Below the pieces are notes generated by a model that was not told the origin of the DNA, searched no databases, and worked only from the letters and a program-made list of their open reading frames with translations. Below are positions 1 through 7,428 of a stretch of 53,515 bases of DNA, piece after piece. The stretch comes from Candidatus Magasanikiibacteriota bacterium (GTDB lineage Bacteria > Patescibacteriota > Patescibacteriia > Magasanikbacterales > UBA10003), in the NCBI GenBank assembly GCA_016214465.1, contig JACROI010000032.1, positions 1 through 53,515 of the forward strand, in the 5' to 3' direction. A program made the translations under genes and the position numbers. The number at the start of each line of letters is the position of its first letter. Position 1 is the stretch's first letter.

Positions 1-1026
1 AAATTATTTTTAACCACGCGCCAGTGGAGTGTGGATGGTTTTGTTAAAATTTTTAAGGATTTGGATGTTAAACACCGGACGACATTTTTTGAAAAAGATG
101 TAAAAGATATTGGTCAAAAAATGGTGGACGAATTATTAAAGAAAAAAATCGCGCAGGTTGGCGATGGCGGAGCGATTATTGTGGATTTGAAAAAATTTGG
201 ATTGGATATTGGACTTTTGCGCAAGAGCGACGGAGCGGGATTGTATTTGACAAGTGATTTAGGTCTGGCTAAAGTCAAGGCCAAAAAATTTCCTCAAGTG
301 ACGCAGAGTGTCAATCTCACCGGTACTGAACAGAATTTTTACTTTAAACAATTATTTAAAATTTTGGAGTTGTCAGGATTTAAATACAAGATGACTCATG
401 TCTCATATGAATTGGTGTCGTTGCCCGAAGGTAAAATGTCATCACGGTTAGGCAATGTTGTTTTATACGAGGACTTGCGCGATGAAGCATTTACTTTGGC
501 GGAGGAAGAAACTAAAAAACGTCACGCCGATTGGAGTGTTGCTAAAATCAAACGCACTGCTCTGGCTTTGGCTCTGGGCGCATTAAAATTCAGTATGGTC
601 AAAATCGGGCCGAAGCAGACAATTATTTTTAATATCAAAGAGGCCTTGTCTTTTGACGGTTTTACCGGACCGTATTTACAATATAGTATCGCGAGAATGA
701 ATAGTATTTTGAAAAAAGCCAGCGTCAAGATCGGGAGTAAAAATTTGGCGATTTTGAAGTCCGCGGTTGAAAAACAATTGATTTTGAAACTGGCCGGCTT
801 GGCTGATAGCGCGTCCGTGTCAGCAATGCAGAACGATCCGTCGCGGTTGGCTAAATATCTTTATGAATTGGCAAAATTATTTAGTAATTTTTATGAACAG
901 TGTCCGGTGCTGAAAGCGGACAGCGCAAAATTGCGCAACGCGCGATTGGAATTGGTAAAAGCAACAAAATTGGTAATGGAAAATGGCCTGCGGATTTTAG
1001 GCGTGCCGGTGGTTGAGGAGATGTAG
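1..1026 (+). CDS. argS: Arginyl-tRNA synthetase, C-terminal part (5' end outside window)
   Basis: The frame is open from base 1 with no upstream stop. ArgRS-like motifs are present (SDGAGLYLTSDLGLA, FTGPYLQYSIARMNSILKK). There is a helical anticodon-binding-type C-terminal region ending ...GVPVVEEM, with a terminal Met as in ArgRS. Confidence 0.85.
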   Translation, partial: KLFLTTRQWSVDGFVKIFKDLDVKHRTTFFEKDVKDIGQKMVDELLKKKIAQVGDGGAIIVDLKKFGLDIGLLRKSDGAGLYLTSDLGLAKVKAKKFPQVTQSVNLTGTEQNFYFKQLFKILELSGFKYKMTHVSYELVSLPEGKMSSRLGNVVLYEDLRDEAFTLAEEETKKRHADWSVAKIKRTALALALGALKFSMVKIGPKQTIIFNIKEALSFDGFTGPYLQYSIARMNSILKKASVKIGSKNLAILKSAVEKQLILKLAGLADSASVSAMQNDPSRLAKYLYELAKLFSNFYEQCPVLKADSAKLRNARLELVKATKLVMENGLRILGVPVVEEM

Positions 1027-1095
1027 GTGCTGTAAAATTTTATAATATAATTGAAGGGGAGCGGTTATCACTTTTTTTATTACTTGTGCGTGGAG

Positions 1096-1124
1096 TTGAC
1101 ATTTTTTATCGAATTTTGTATTAT
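1096..1124 (+). promoter_or_regulatory. Sigma70-like promoter TTGACA-17-TATTAT
   Basis: ttgaca (1096-1101), a 17-nt spacer, then tattat (1119-1124). It lies upstream of the GC-rich cassette that starts at 1234. Confidence 0.4.
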
Positions 1125-1233
1125 ACAGTGTCGTTCTTTAACATAATCAGTGGCGATTGTTGTCCTGATTTTGAACGCGAGATTCAGTGTTTGAAATCAG
1201 GGCAATAACGCCCGTGAGTTAAAAGGAGAAACA

Positions 1234-1509
1234 ATGAACCCGAGGAGAGGAACGGCCCGTTTACTGGCCCAGGTTGTTAGTAATGGCAATGCGGAAGAAG
1301 CGCTTGAACAAGTAGCCATCTTGGCCGAGACCATCAAGACGACGAAGGAGGATGACTCTCTGGCCATTGACTTTTCGCTCTTGCTAAATCGTGACGCTTT
1401 GGAAATGATGGCCGCTGATGATGCTCTACGCTTGTTGGGCCGTGCCCAAGGTGTGGATTTATCGTCTTTTCCTGCATCTTTTCCGCCGTCCGTTTGTGAT
1501 AGAATCTGA
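1234..1509 (+). CDS. Hypothetical protein (91 aa); possibly the frameshifted N-terminus of the following methyltransferase
   Basis: The ATG is preceded by the Shine-Dalgarno-like aaaggaga. GC is visibly higher than the neighbourhood. It overlaps the next ORF (1418-2368) in another frame. Confidence 0.4.
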   Translation: MNPRRGTARLLAQVVSNGNAEEALEQVAILAETIKTTKEDDSLAIDFSLLLNRDALEMMAADDALRLLGRAQGVDLSSFPASFPPSVCDRI

Positions 1510-2368
1510 GGACAGGGACAATGCGTCACTGAAGGAGTATGCCAAGCATTGGCTATTGGGGCCGCAAAATGCGCTGTGGTTGTTTGACAGTCATTGGCTT
1601 GGTCAAATGGTTCGCAACGGCGTGACTACCTCCGAGGCGCTGGATGGAATCAACGCGATTCCAGTGATGCATCGCCGCGGCCAGCTTGACACCTTTGGTG
1701 GACAGTTGGTCAATTTCTGGCTGAATCAGCCCGATGCTCAAGCAGTGCGCAATCGCCTACGAATAACTTATAAGGAGATTTTACAAGAATTCTGTCGGCT
1801 GTGGGAATCGCGCCAACCCGGACAGCGGATTCGCGTGCTTTCATTGGCTTGCGGTTCAGCTCAGGCCACTATTGAGGCCTTGTCCATTTTCCTTGCCGCT
1901 TATTCTGAAGCCAGAGGTCAGGTGGAATTGCATCTGGTGGACTTAAGTGGTTCTTCTCTGATGAGAGCAACTCATCTCGCCCAAATACGCGGTGTCCAGT
2001 CGTGTGTCTTCATACACATAAAGGATGTGAAATCCTTTGTCAGGGAGCAGCCTGACAGCGCTTGGGACATTGTGGAAATGGTCGGTTTTCTGGATTATCG
2101 TCCATGGAAGTCGGCCGAGAACATTTGCCGCGAGATAAGGCGGATTATGTTGGTCAATGGCCTGTTTATCAGCGCGCATATTGGGCCAAGTCCTTGGTCC
2201 TTCGTGGTGCGCTGGGTCACCAACTGGCCGTTGCTTATTCGTCGCACTGTCAAGGAATACAGGCAGATACTCTTTGGAGCGGGATTTACCGACCGGGAAA
2301 TTGAGATGCGGGACGAACCTCATCGTATCCATCCAGTCGGCGTTTGCCGTAAATTGGTCAACTTCTGA
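1418..2368 (+). CDS. Class I SAM-dependent methyltransferase (start uncertain)
   Basis: Motif I-like RVLSLACGSAQATIEAL is followed by LVDLS and VEMVGFLDY strands typical of Rossmann-fold methyltransferases. The first ~30 codons look non-coding-like, so the true start may be GTG near 1494 or the gene may be fused to 1234-1509 by a frameshift. Confidence 0.6.
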   Translation: MMLYACWAVPKVWIYRLFLHLFRRPFVIESEDRDNASLKEYAKHWLLGPQNALWLFDSHWLGQMVRNGVTTSEALDGINAIPVMHRRGQLDTFGGQLVNFWLNQPDAQAVRNRLRITYKEILQEFCRLWESRQPGQRIRVLSLACGSAQATIEALSIFLAAYSEARGQVELHLVDLSGSSLMRATHLAQIRGVQSCVFIHIKDVKSFVREQPDSAWDIVEMVGFLDYRPWKSAENICREIRRIMLVNGLFISAHIGPSPWSFVVRWVTNWPLLIRRTVKEYRQILFGAGFTDREIEMRDEPHRIHPVGVCRKLVNF

Positions 2369-2407
2369 TTTCTGCGGGCAGGATCTTAAAATGGGTTTTG
2401 TTGCGCG

Positions 2408-2440
2408 ACGAGCGTCATAACTTTGGCGCTCGTTTTTTTT
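2408..2440 (+). terminator. Rho-independent terminator
   Basis: Stem acgagcg (2408-2414) pairs with cgctcgt (2427-2433) and is followed by a run of 8 T. Confidence 0.6.
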
Positions 2441-2458
2441 ATGATATAATGTTGTTGT

Positions 2459-4072
2459 ATGAATTCTTCAATTTGGTTTTTTCCAGCGTCAGCCCTGATT
2501 AACGCCGTTATCAGCACGGTTTTTGGATTTTATCTCATTTTCACCGGTTTTAACAAACGGGTGGCTCGACATCTTTTATTTTTTTGCGTGTCAGCGGCTG
2601 CTTGGAGTTATGGTTACTTTTTTTGGCAGATTTCCACTAATGCTGATTCAGCGCTGTTTTGGGCGCGCGCTTTGATGTTTGGCGCGATTTTTACCTCTAT
2701 TTCTTATTTGCATTTGGTGCTTGTTTTTCTTAAACTGGACACTTTAAAATTTTACAAAATTACCATTGCTATTTTTTATGTTTTTTCCCTGTTCTGGGTG
2801 ATAGCCAATTTTACGCCGTACTTTGTGGCTGGAGTAACCGCGCGTTCTTATTTTAAATTTTGGCCTTTGCCAGGCCCTTTTTATACTCCCTATTTGGTAG
2901 CTTTTTTTGCGCATGTTGTCTATGCTTCCGTTTTATTGTTTAAAAATTATCGCCAATCGCGCGGTTCGCAAAAAATTTCTTCATTTTTATTATTAATCGG
3001 CCTGGTGGTCGCTTTTATAGGCGGCTCAACCAATTATCCATTGTGGTATGGCATTGATATCGCTCCTTGGGGCAATGTGTTGGTCGGCGTTTATGTTGTC
3101 CTGACGGTCTACGCGATGTTGAAATATAAATTAATGGATATTAAAGTTGTTTCGGCCGAGTTATTCACCGGTCTTTTGGCCATTATACTTTTAACCGATT
3201 TATTTTTATCGAAAAATTCCACGGAAATTCTTTTCAGAACTTTAGTGGTGGCTGCCTTTGGTGTATTTGGCATTATGCTGATTCGTTCGGTCAGGCGCGA
3301 AGTTCAACGACGCGAAGAAACCCAAAAGTTAGCCGAACAATTGAAAGAAGCCAACGCAAAATTGCAAGAATTAGACAAACTAAAAAGTGAATTTCTTTCC
3401 ATTTCAGCTCATCAACTGCGCACTCCGCTCACGGTAATCAAGGGCTATGTGTCTATGATTCAGGAAGGCGATTATGGAAAATTGAACAATCCCAAGATTG
3501 AAATGGTGTTGGATAATGTTTACAAAAGCAACGAGCATTTGATTTATTTGGTAAATGATTTTTTGGATGTGTCGCGCATTGAAGGCGGCCGCACCAGTTA
3601 TACTTTTGTAAAAACTGATTTGAAAAAAGTGGCGGAAGAATTGGTAACTGAAATTTCTTTGCCGGCAAAAGAAAAAGGACTGCAATTCAAAGTGGCCATT
3701 GCGAAAAATTTACCGAACATCACAGTGGATATGGAAAAAATTCGTAATGTGATGTTGAATTTTTTAACCAATGCCATCAAGTATACGCCAAAAGGTTGGT
3801 TGAAAATGGAATTATTTATCAAAGGCCGGCAGATTATTTATCAGGTTTCGGATAATGGCATCGGCCTGACCAAGTTTGATTTAGAAAATGTTTTTCAAAA
3901 ATTTTATCGCGCTGAAGAGGCGAAAAAAATTACCGCCACAGGCGTTGGACTGGGATTGTTTGTTGTTAAAAAATTCATTGAAGCGCATGATGGCGAAGTG
4001 TTTGTCACAAGCCCTGGTCCTGGTCAAGGCGCGACTTTTGGGTTTAAGTTGCCAATAAAGCGCGTAGGTTGA
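2459..4072 (+). CDS. Sensor histidine kinase with multi-TM N-terminal domain (no adjacent response regulator)
   Basis: About 7-8 hydrophobic helices are followed by a coiled coil. H-box SEFLSISAHQLRTPLTVIKGY, N-box NFLTNAIKYTP, G1 VSDNGIGL and G2 GVGLGLFVVKKF are all present. Confidence 0.88.
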   Translation: MNSSIWFFPASALINAVISTVFGFYLIFTGFNKRVARHLLFFCVSAAAWSYGYFFWQISTNADSALFWARALMFGAIFTSISYLHLVLVFLKLDTLKFYKITIAIFYVFSLFWVIANFTPYFVAGVTARSYFKFWPLPGPFYTPYLVAFFAHVVYASVLLFKNYRQSRGSQKISSFLLLIGLVVAFIGGSTNYPLWYGIDIAPWGNVLVGVYVVLTVYAMLKYKLMDIKVVSAELFTGLLAIILLTDLFLSKNSTEILFRTLVVAAFGVFGIMLIRSVRREVQRREETQKLAEQLKEANAKLQELDKLKSEFLSISAHQLRTPLTVIKGYVSMIQEGDYGKLNNPKIEMVLDNVYKSNEHLIYLVNDFLDVSRIEGGRTSYTFVKTDLKKVAEELVTEISLPAKEKGLQFKVAIAKNLPNITVDMEKIRNVMLNFLTNAIKYTPKGWLKMELFIKGRQIIYQVSDNGIGLTKFDLENVFQKFYRAEEAKKITATGVGLGLFVVKKFIEAHDGEVFVTSPGPGQGATFGFKLPIKRVG

Positions 4073-4097
4073 CATTTTTAGTGATTTTTCATAAAAT
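4069..4097 (+). promoter_or_regulatory. Sigma70-like promoter TTGACA-17-TAAAAT
   Basis: ttgaca (4069-4074, overlapping the kinase stop codon), a 17-nt spacer, then taaaat (4092-4097). It lies upstream of the bactofilin gene. Confidence 0.45.
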
Positions 4098-4129
4098 ACA
4101 ATCACTTAATTAAATCCTAAATTTTCAAT

Positions 4130-4540
4130 ATGAGCGACAAAAAAACGCTTCCTGGAGGAGACGAGGTAGAAACAATAGTTGGTCCTTCAGTCAAAGTGGA
4201 GGGGGAATTTGTATCCGAGGGTAATATAGTTATTGAGGGCCAAGTGAGCGGCACGGTGAAAACCGGCAAGCACTTGCGCATGGAGGAAGGGGCAAAAATT
4301 AACGCCAATGTCGCCGCCGAGTCGGCTTTGGTTTCGGGTGAAGTGCATGGCAATATGAAAATCGGCTCAACTTTGGAACTGACGCCTACAGCCAAAATTT
4401 ACGGCGATGTGGAAACAAAAACCGTTATTGTCGCCGCCGGCGCGGTCCTTCACGGCCGCTGCATTATGGATGAGAATGAAAAAGGCCGCAAAGTAAAAGG
4501 CAAGGGTGAAGGATATGACGAAAACGCGCCCAACTCTTAA
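4130..4540 (+). CDS. Bactofilin-family polymer-forming cytoskeletal protein
   Basis: A repetitive beta-helix signature is present (VKVEGEFVSEGNIVIEGQVSGTVKTGKHLRMEEGAKINANVAAESALVSGEVHGNM). The C-terminal tail is charged and Lys/Gly-rich. Confidence 0.8.
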   Translation: MSDKKTLPGGDEVETIVGPSVKVEGEFVSEGNIVIEGQVSGTVKTGKHLRMEEGAKINANVAAESALVSGEVHGNMKIGSTLELTPTAKIYGDVETKTVIVAAGAVLHGRCIMDENEKGRKVKGKGEGYDENAPNS

Positions 4541-5438
4541 GAAATCTTTGAGGAGCGCCGAAAAAATTGACATTGAAAAAAAGCCCGTCGCGATTAAAAA
4601 GACGCTTTATCAGTTAGTCAAACGCGAGGCGGCGCGTCGTTCTGAAATTAATCGCACTCCCAAAGAGTCGTATTTGTATCTTTACGATAATTATCTGAAA
4701 GAACGTCCTTTTCAGTCTGTTGTTTCAATAATAGAAACTCGGTTAGGGGATTTTGAAATTGTCGGCAAAATTATTCGTTTATCCACTTTTACCAATCCTC
4801 GGGTTTTGGTTGAAGATGAAATGCGCCACGGCGTGAAGAATGTGGTGATTGTAGGCAATGATGACACTTTGGCGCGGATTTTAACTCGTACCGCGGATTT
4901 GGATGTGACTTTTGGATTTTTGCCAATTGGGCAAAAGAAAAATTATCTGGCGAAAATTTTGGGTTTGCCAATTAATGAAAAATCAGTGGAAGCGTTGGCC
5001 GCGCGCAAAGTGGAAAAGATTGATTACGGTATTATCAATAGAAACAGATTTTTTCTTTCTTATTTGTATATTCCTGGCGCGCGGGTAAAAATCGCTTGCG
5101 ACCAAAGCTTCACCGTGAGTCCCGGGCGCGACAAATTTGAGATCGCCATTGCTAATCTTTTGCCGCCGCCTTTTGAGAGCGACAAATTTATGCTTCAGCC
5201 GCAAGACGGCCAGATGGAGGTGTATTTCCAACCGACCGAGCGCGGGCTTTTGTCCAAATTGGTTAATGGTCGCGAGAGTAAAGTCACCAGCATGTTTCCT
5301 TTTCAGCATCTTTTGATTACGAGCGATAAAATTATTACCGTCCTGGCAGACGGCAAAGAAACGCAGGAGGCGGCGGTGGAGATTGAGGTGTCAAAGAAAA
5401 AATTGAAAATGGTGGTAGGAAGGGGGAGGCAGTTTTGA
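4515..5438 (+). CDS. Diacylglycerol/lipid kinase (YegS/BmrU-like) catalytic-domain protein with degenerate GGDGT motif
   Basis: VVIVGNDDTLARILT ... FGFLPIGQKKNYLAKILGLP ... IDYGIINRNRFF follows the DAGK_cat pattern (GGDGT ... PxGTxNDFAR ... iDlg.vn). The nucleotide-binding GGDGT is replaced by GNDDT. The ATG at 4515 is preferred over the GTG at 4506. Confidence 0.55.
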   Translation: MTKTRPTLKKSLRSAEKIDIEKKPVAIKKTLYQLVKREAARRSEINRTPKESYLYLYDNYLKERPFQSVVSIIETRLGDFEIVGKIIRLSTFTNPRVLVEDEMRHGVKNVVIVGNDDTLARILTRTADLDVTFGFLPIGQKKNYLAKILGLPINEKSVEALAARKVEKIDYGIINRNRFFLSYLYIPGARVKIACDQSFTVSPGRDKFEIAIANLLPPPFESDKFMLQPQDGQMEVYFQPTERGLLSKLVNGRESKVTSMFPFQHLLITSDKIITVLADGKETQEAAVEIEVSKKKLKMVVGRGRQF

Positions 5439-5454
5439 TAGTTGCACGTTTTTT

Positions 5455-5528
5455 GGGCAGCTAGCTCAGTTGGTTAGAGCGAACGGTTTACATCCGTTAG
5501 GTCAGGGGTTCAAATCCCTTGCTGCCCA
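5455..5528 (+). tRNA. tRNA-Val (anticodon TAC)
   Basis: A cloverleaf can be drawn by hand. The acceptor stem is GGGCAGC/GCTGCCC, the D-loop AGCTCAGTTGGTTAGAGC, the anticodon stem AACGG/CCGTT with loop TTTACAT, and the T-arm GGGGTTCAAATCCCT. CCA is not encoded. Confidence 0.9.
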
Positions 5529-5559
5529 AGTTGAGTTTTTATTAATATCTTGATAATGA

Positions 5560-5643
5560 GCCGCGGTGGCGAAATTGGTATCCGCATTACCTTGAGGTGG
5601 TAACGCCCGCAAGGGCTTGAGGGTTCGAGTCCCTCCCGCGGCA
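5560..5643 (+). tRNA. tRNA-Leu (anticodon GAG), class II with long variable arm
   Basis: The acceptor stem is GCCGCGG/CCGCGGC. The anticodon stem is TTACC/GGTAA with loop TTGAGGT. The variable arm is GCCCGCAAGGGC and the T-arm GGGTTCGAGTCCC. Confidence 0.85.
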
Positions 5644-5681
5644 TTTTGTCTTTTTATTTTTTTTTGGTATAATACACATAT

Positions 5682-5930
5682 ATGCAGTTACTTTGGTTAA
5701 TTGGTGTGGGGTTGGGGTTTTTGATAATTTGGAAATCAGAATGGCTTTATCAGAATTTTGGCACTGTGGCCTGGGCCGAGGAACATTTGGGCACTGAAGG
5801 CGGCAGTCGTTTGTTTTATAAATTATTTGGTTTAATAATTATTTTTATTTCTTTTTTGGGAGTGAGCGGACTTTTGGGCGGAATGATTTTGGGGATTTTT
5901 AGCGGAATGTTTAAAGGAATGGTAAAATGA
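5682..5930 (+). CDS. Small membrane protein (2 TM), hypothetical
   Basis: Two hydrophobic helices are present. An extended -10 (tggtataat, 5665-5673) lies 8 nt upstream of the ATG. Confidence 0.5.
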   Translation: MQLLWLIGVGLGFLIIWKSEWLYQNFGTVAWAEEHLGTEGGSRLFYKLFGLIIIFISFLGVSGLLGGMILGIFSGMFKGMVK

Positions 5931-5963
5931 CGGCGTAGCCGTCATCCCCGTGGAAGCGGGGAT
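5928..5963. repeat. Two back-to-back hairpins: terminator-like stem plus a GTCATCCCCG...CGGGGAT palindromic unit
   Basis: tgacggc-gta-gccgtca (5928-5944) is followed by tccccg-tggaag-cgggga (5945-5962). The second is related in form to the gtcattcc...ggaatga unit at 14081-14105. Confidence 0.5.
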
Positions 5964-5976
5964 CCATTTTATTTCT

Positions 5977-6528
5977 ATGTTAGAAATTACCGGCGGCAAC
6001 AAATTAATTGACCCAGTGATGGTTTTGCAAAAGGCCGGTTTGAAAGAAAAAATGCAAGTGGCTGATTTGGGTTGCGGGGCGGTTGGTCATTATGTTTTTC
6101 CTGCGGCCAAAATGGTTGGCAAGGAAGGAAAGGTTTTTGCTGTTGACATTTTGAAGTCGGTGTTGGAGAATATTGAAAAGCGGGCGAATTTGGAAAATTT
6201 GAGTAATATAGTGACGGTATGGAGCGATTTGGAAAGATATGGCGCCGCGAAAATTGCGAGCAACAGTTTAGACGCTGATTTTTTGCTTAACACTCTTTTT
6301 CAAACCAAAGATCGAGCTGGAGTGCTTAAAGAAGCCGCGCGGCTTTTGAAGGTCGGCGGCAAGCTGGTGGTAGTGGATTGGCTTATGACTGACGCGTTGT
6401 TCGGCCCGCCAGTGGAGGGTCGCGTTGGCCACGCTTTTATTGAGACCGAGGCGGATAAATTGGGTTTGCGCTTGATGAATCGTTTCAGCGCCGGCAAGTA
6501 TCATTATGGGTTAGTATTTGAAAAATGA
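5977..6528 (+). CDS. Class I SAM-dependent methyltransferase
   Basis: Motif I VADLGCGAVGHY, then VFAVDI and GGKLVVVDW. The ATG at 5977 is preferred because 5950-5963 is part of the palindromic element. Confidence 0.7.
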   Translation: MLEITGGNKLIDPVMVLQKAGLKEKMQVADLGCGAVGHYVFPAAKMVGKEGKVFAVDILKSVLENIEKRANLENLSNIVTVWSDLERYGAAKIASNSLDADFLLNTLFQTKDRAGVLKEAARLLKVGGKLVVVDWLMTDALFGPPVEGRVGHAFIETEADKLGLRLMNRFSAGKYHYGLVFEK

Positions 6529-6549
6529 CATCGCCATCAGGCGATGTCA
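6526..6549 (+). terminator. 10-bp perfect hairpin at gene end (no clear T-run)
   Basis: tgacatcgcc-atca-ggcgatgtca overlaps the stop codon of 5977-6528. Confidence 0.4.
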
Positions 6550-6587
6550 TTCTGATGGAGCGAAGCGACTGAAGGATCTATTTATAT

Positions 6588-6989
6588 ATGTACTCAATAA
6601 AAAATATTTTCAATTTGCGTTATTGGTTTTCCGAGCCGCCTTATCAAAATCCGGTGGCTATGAAAGTGGCTTTGGTATTTTTTGTCTTAATGCTCGCGGC
6701 CGTGGTAGTGCTGGCAATTTTGTCCCAAAAAGAAAAATTCGGGGCTTATCTTAAGAGATTGTTTGCGAAAATTGCTTCGTTGTTTGGGTGGATGGGCGTT
6801 ACGGCTTTTATTTTGTTATTTTTTCGTTATGAGGCCACGCCGTTTTTGGCTCGTAGATTTTGGTACGCGTTTTGGTTTATTGGTTTAGTCGTCTGGGTTG
6901 TTTACATTCTGCGTTATTGGTATAAACAAGTGCCGCAAAAACGGCAACGGCAAGCTGAAAAGGAGCGGTTAAAAAAATATCTGCCCTAA
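6588..6989 (+). CDS. Membrane protein (3 TM) with basic C-terminal tail, hypothetical
   Basis: Hydrophobic segments are followed by a KQVPQKRQRQAEKERLKKYLP tail. Confidence 0.55.
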   Translation: MYSIKNIFNLRYWFSEPPYQNPVAMKVALVFFVLMLAAVVVLAILSQKEKFGAYLKRLFAKIASLFGWMGVTAFILLFFRYEATPFLARRFWYAFWFIGLVVWVVYILRYWYKQVPQKRQRQAEKERLKKYLP

Positions 6990-6993
6990 ACAT

Positions 6994-7359
6994 GTGGACA
7001 GGAGAAAACTTGGTCAATATGGGGAAAATATCGCGGCGCAATTTTTAGAGCGCCGCGGTTTTAGTATTGTCTGGCGCAATTTCCAAACGCGCTGGGGGGA
7101 AATTGATTTAGTCGCGGAAAAAGATAGTCGTTTGCATTTTGTGGAGGTGAAAACTCGTTCTGGTGTTGATTACGGAGCCGGTGAGGAAGCCATCGGTCGT
7201 TTTAAACAATTGCGGCTTCTTGGAGCGGCTAAAATGTACATTGCCAAGTTTCAGCCAGTGGAAAAATTTTATCAAATTGATTCCATTAATGTGTTGCTTA
7301 ATAAGGCGCAGAAAACAGCAAAATTCAGATATTTGGAAAATATTGTGTCTGAGAGTTGA
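6994..7359 (+). CDS. yraN: YraN-family (UPF0102) endonuclease-like protein
   Basis: GENIAAQFLERRGFSIVWRNFQTRWGEIDLVAEKDSRLHFVEVKTR matches the YraN signature, a PD-(D/E)xK-like ExD...E.K pattern. Confidence 0.8.
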   Translation: MDRRKLGQYGENIAAQFLERRGFSIVWRNFQTRWGEIDLVAEKDSRLHFVEVKTRSGVDYGAGEEAIGRFKQLRLLGAAKMYIAKFQPVEKFYQIDSINVLLNKAQKTAKFRYLENIVSES

Positions 7360-7428
7360 CTTTTTTATGACTTTTTAGCCGTTTTAGTGTATAATAAAGG
7401 CAGAAATAATTTAAATAAAATAAAGTAT

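Noticed and set aside
1197-1529. 110-aa minus-strand ORF in the GC-rich cassette
   Set aside because: It is an antisense shadow of the plus-strand ORFs in a GC-rich region. No RBS is present and the product is Ser/Ala-rich and of low complexity.
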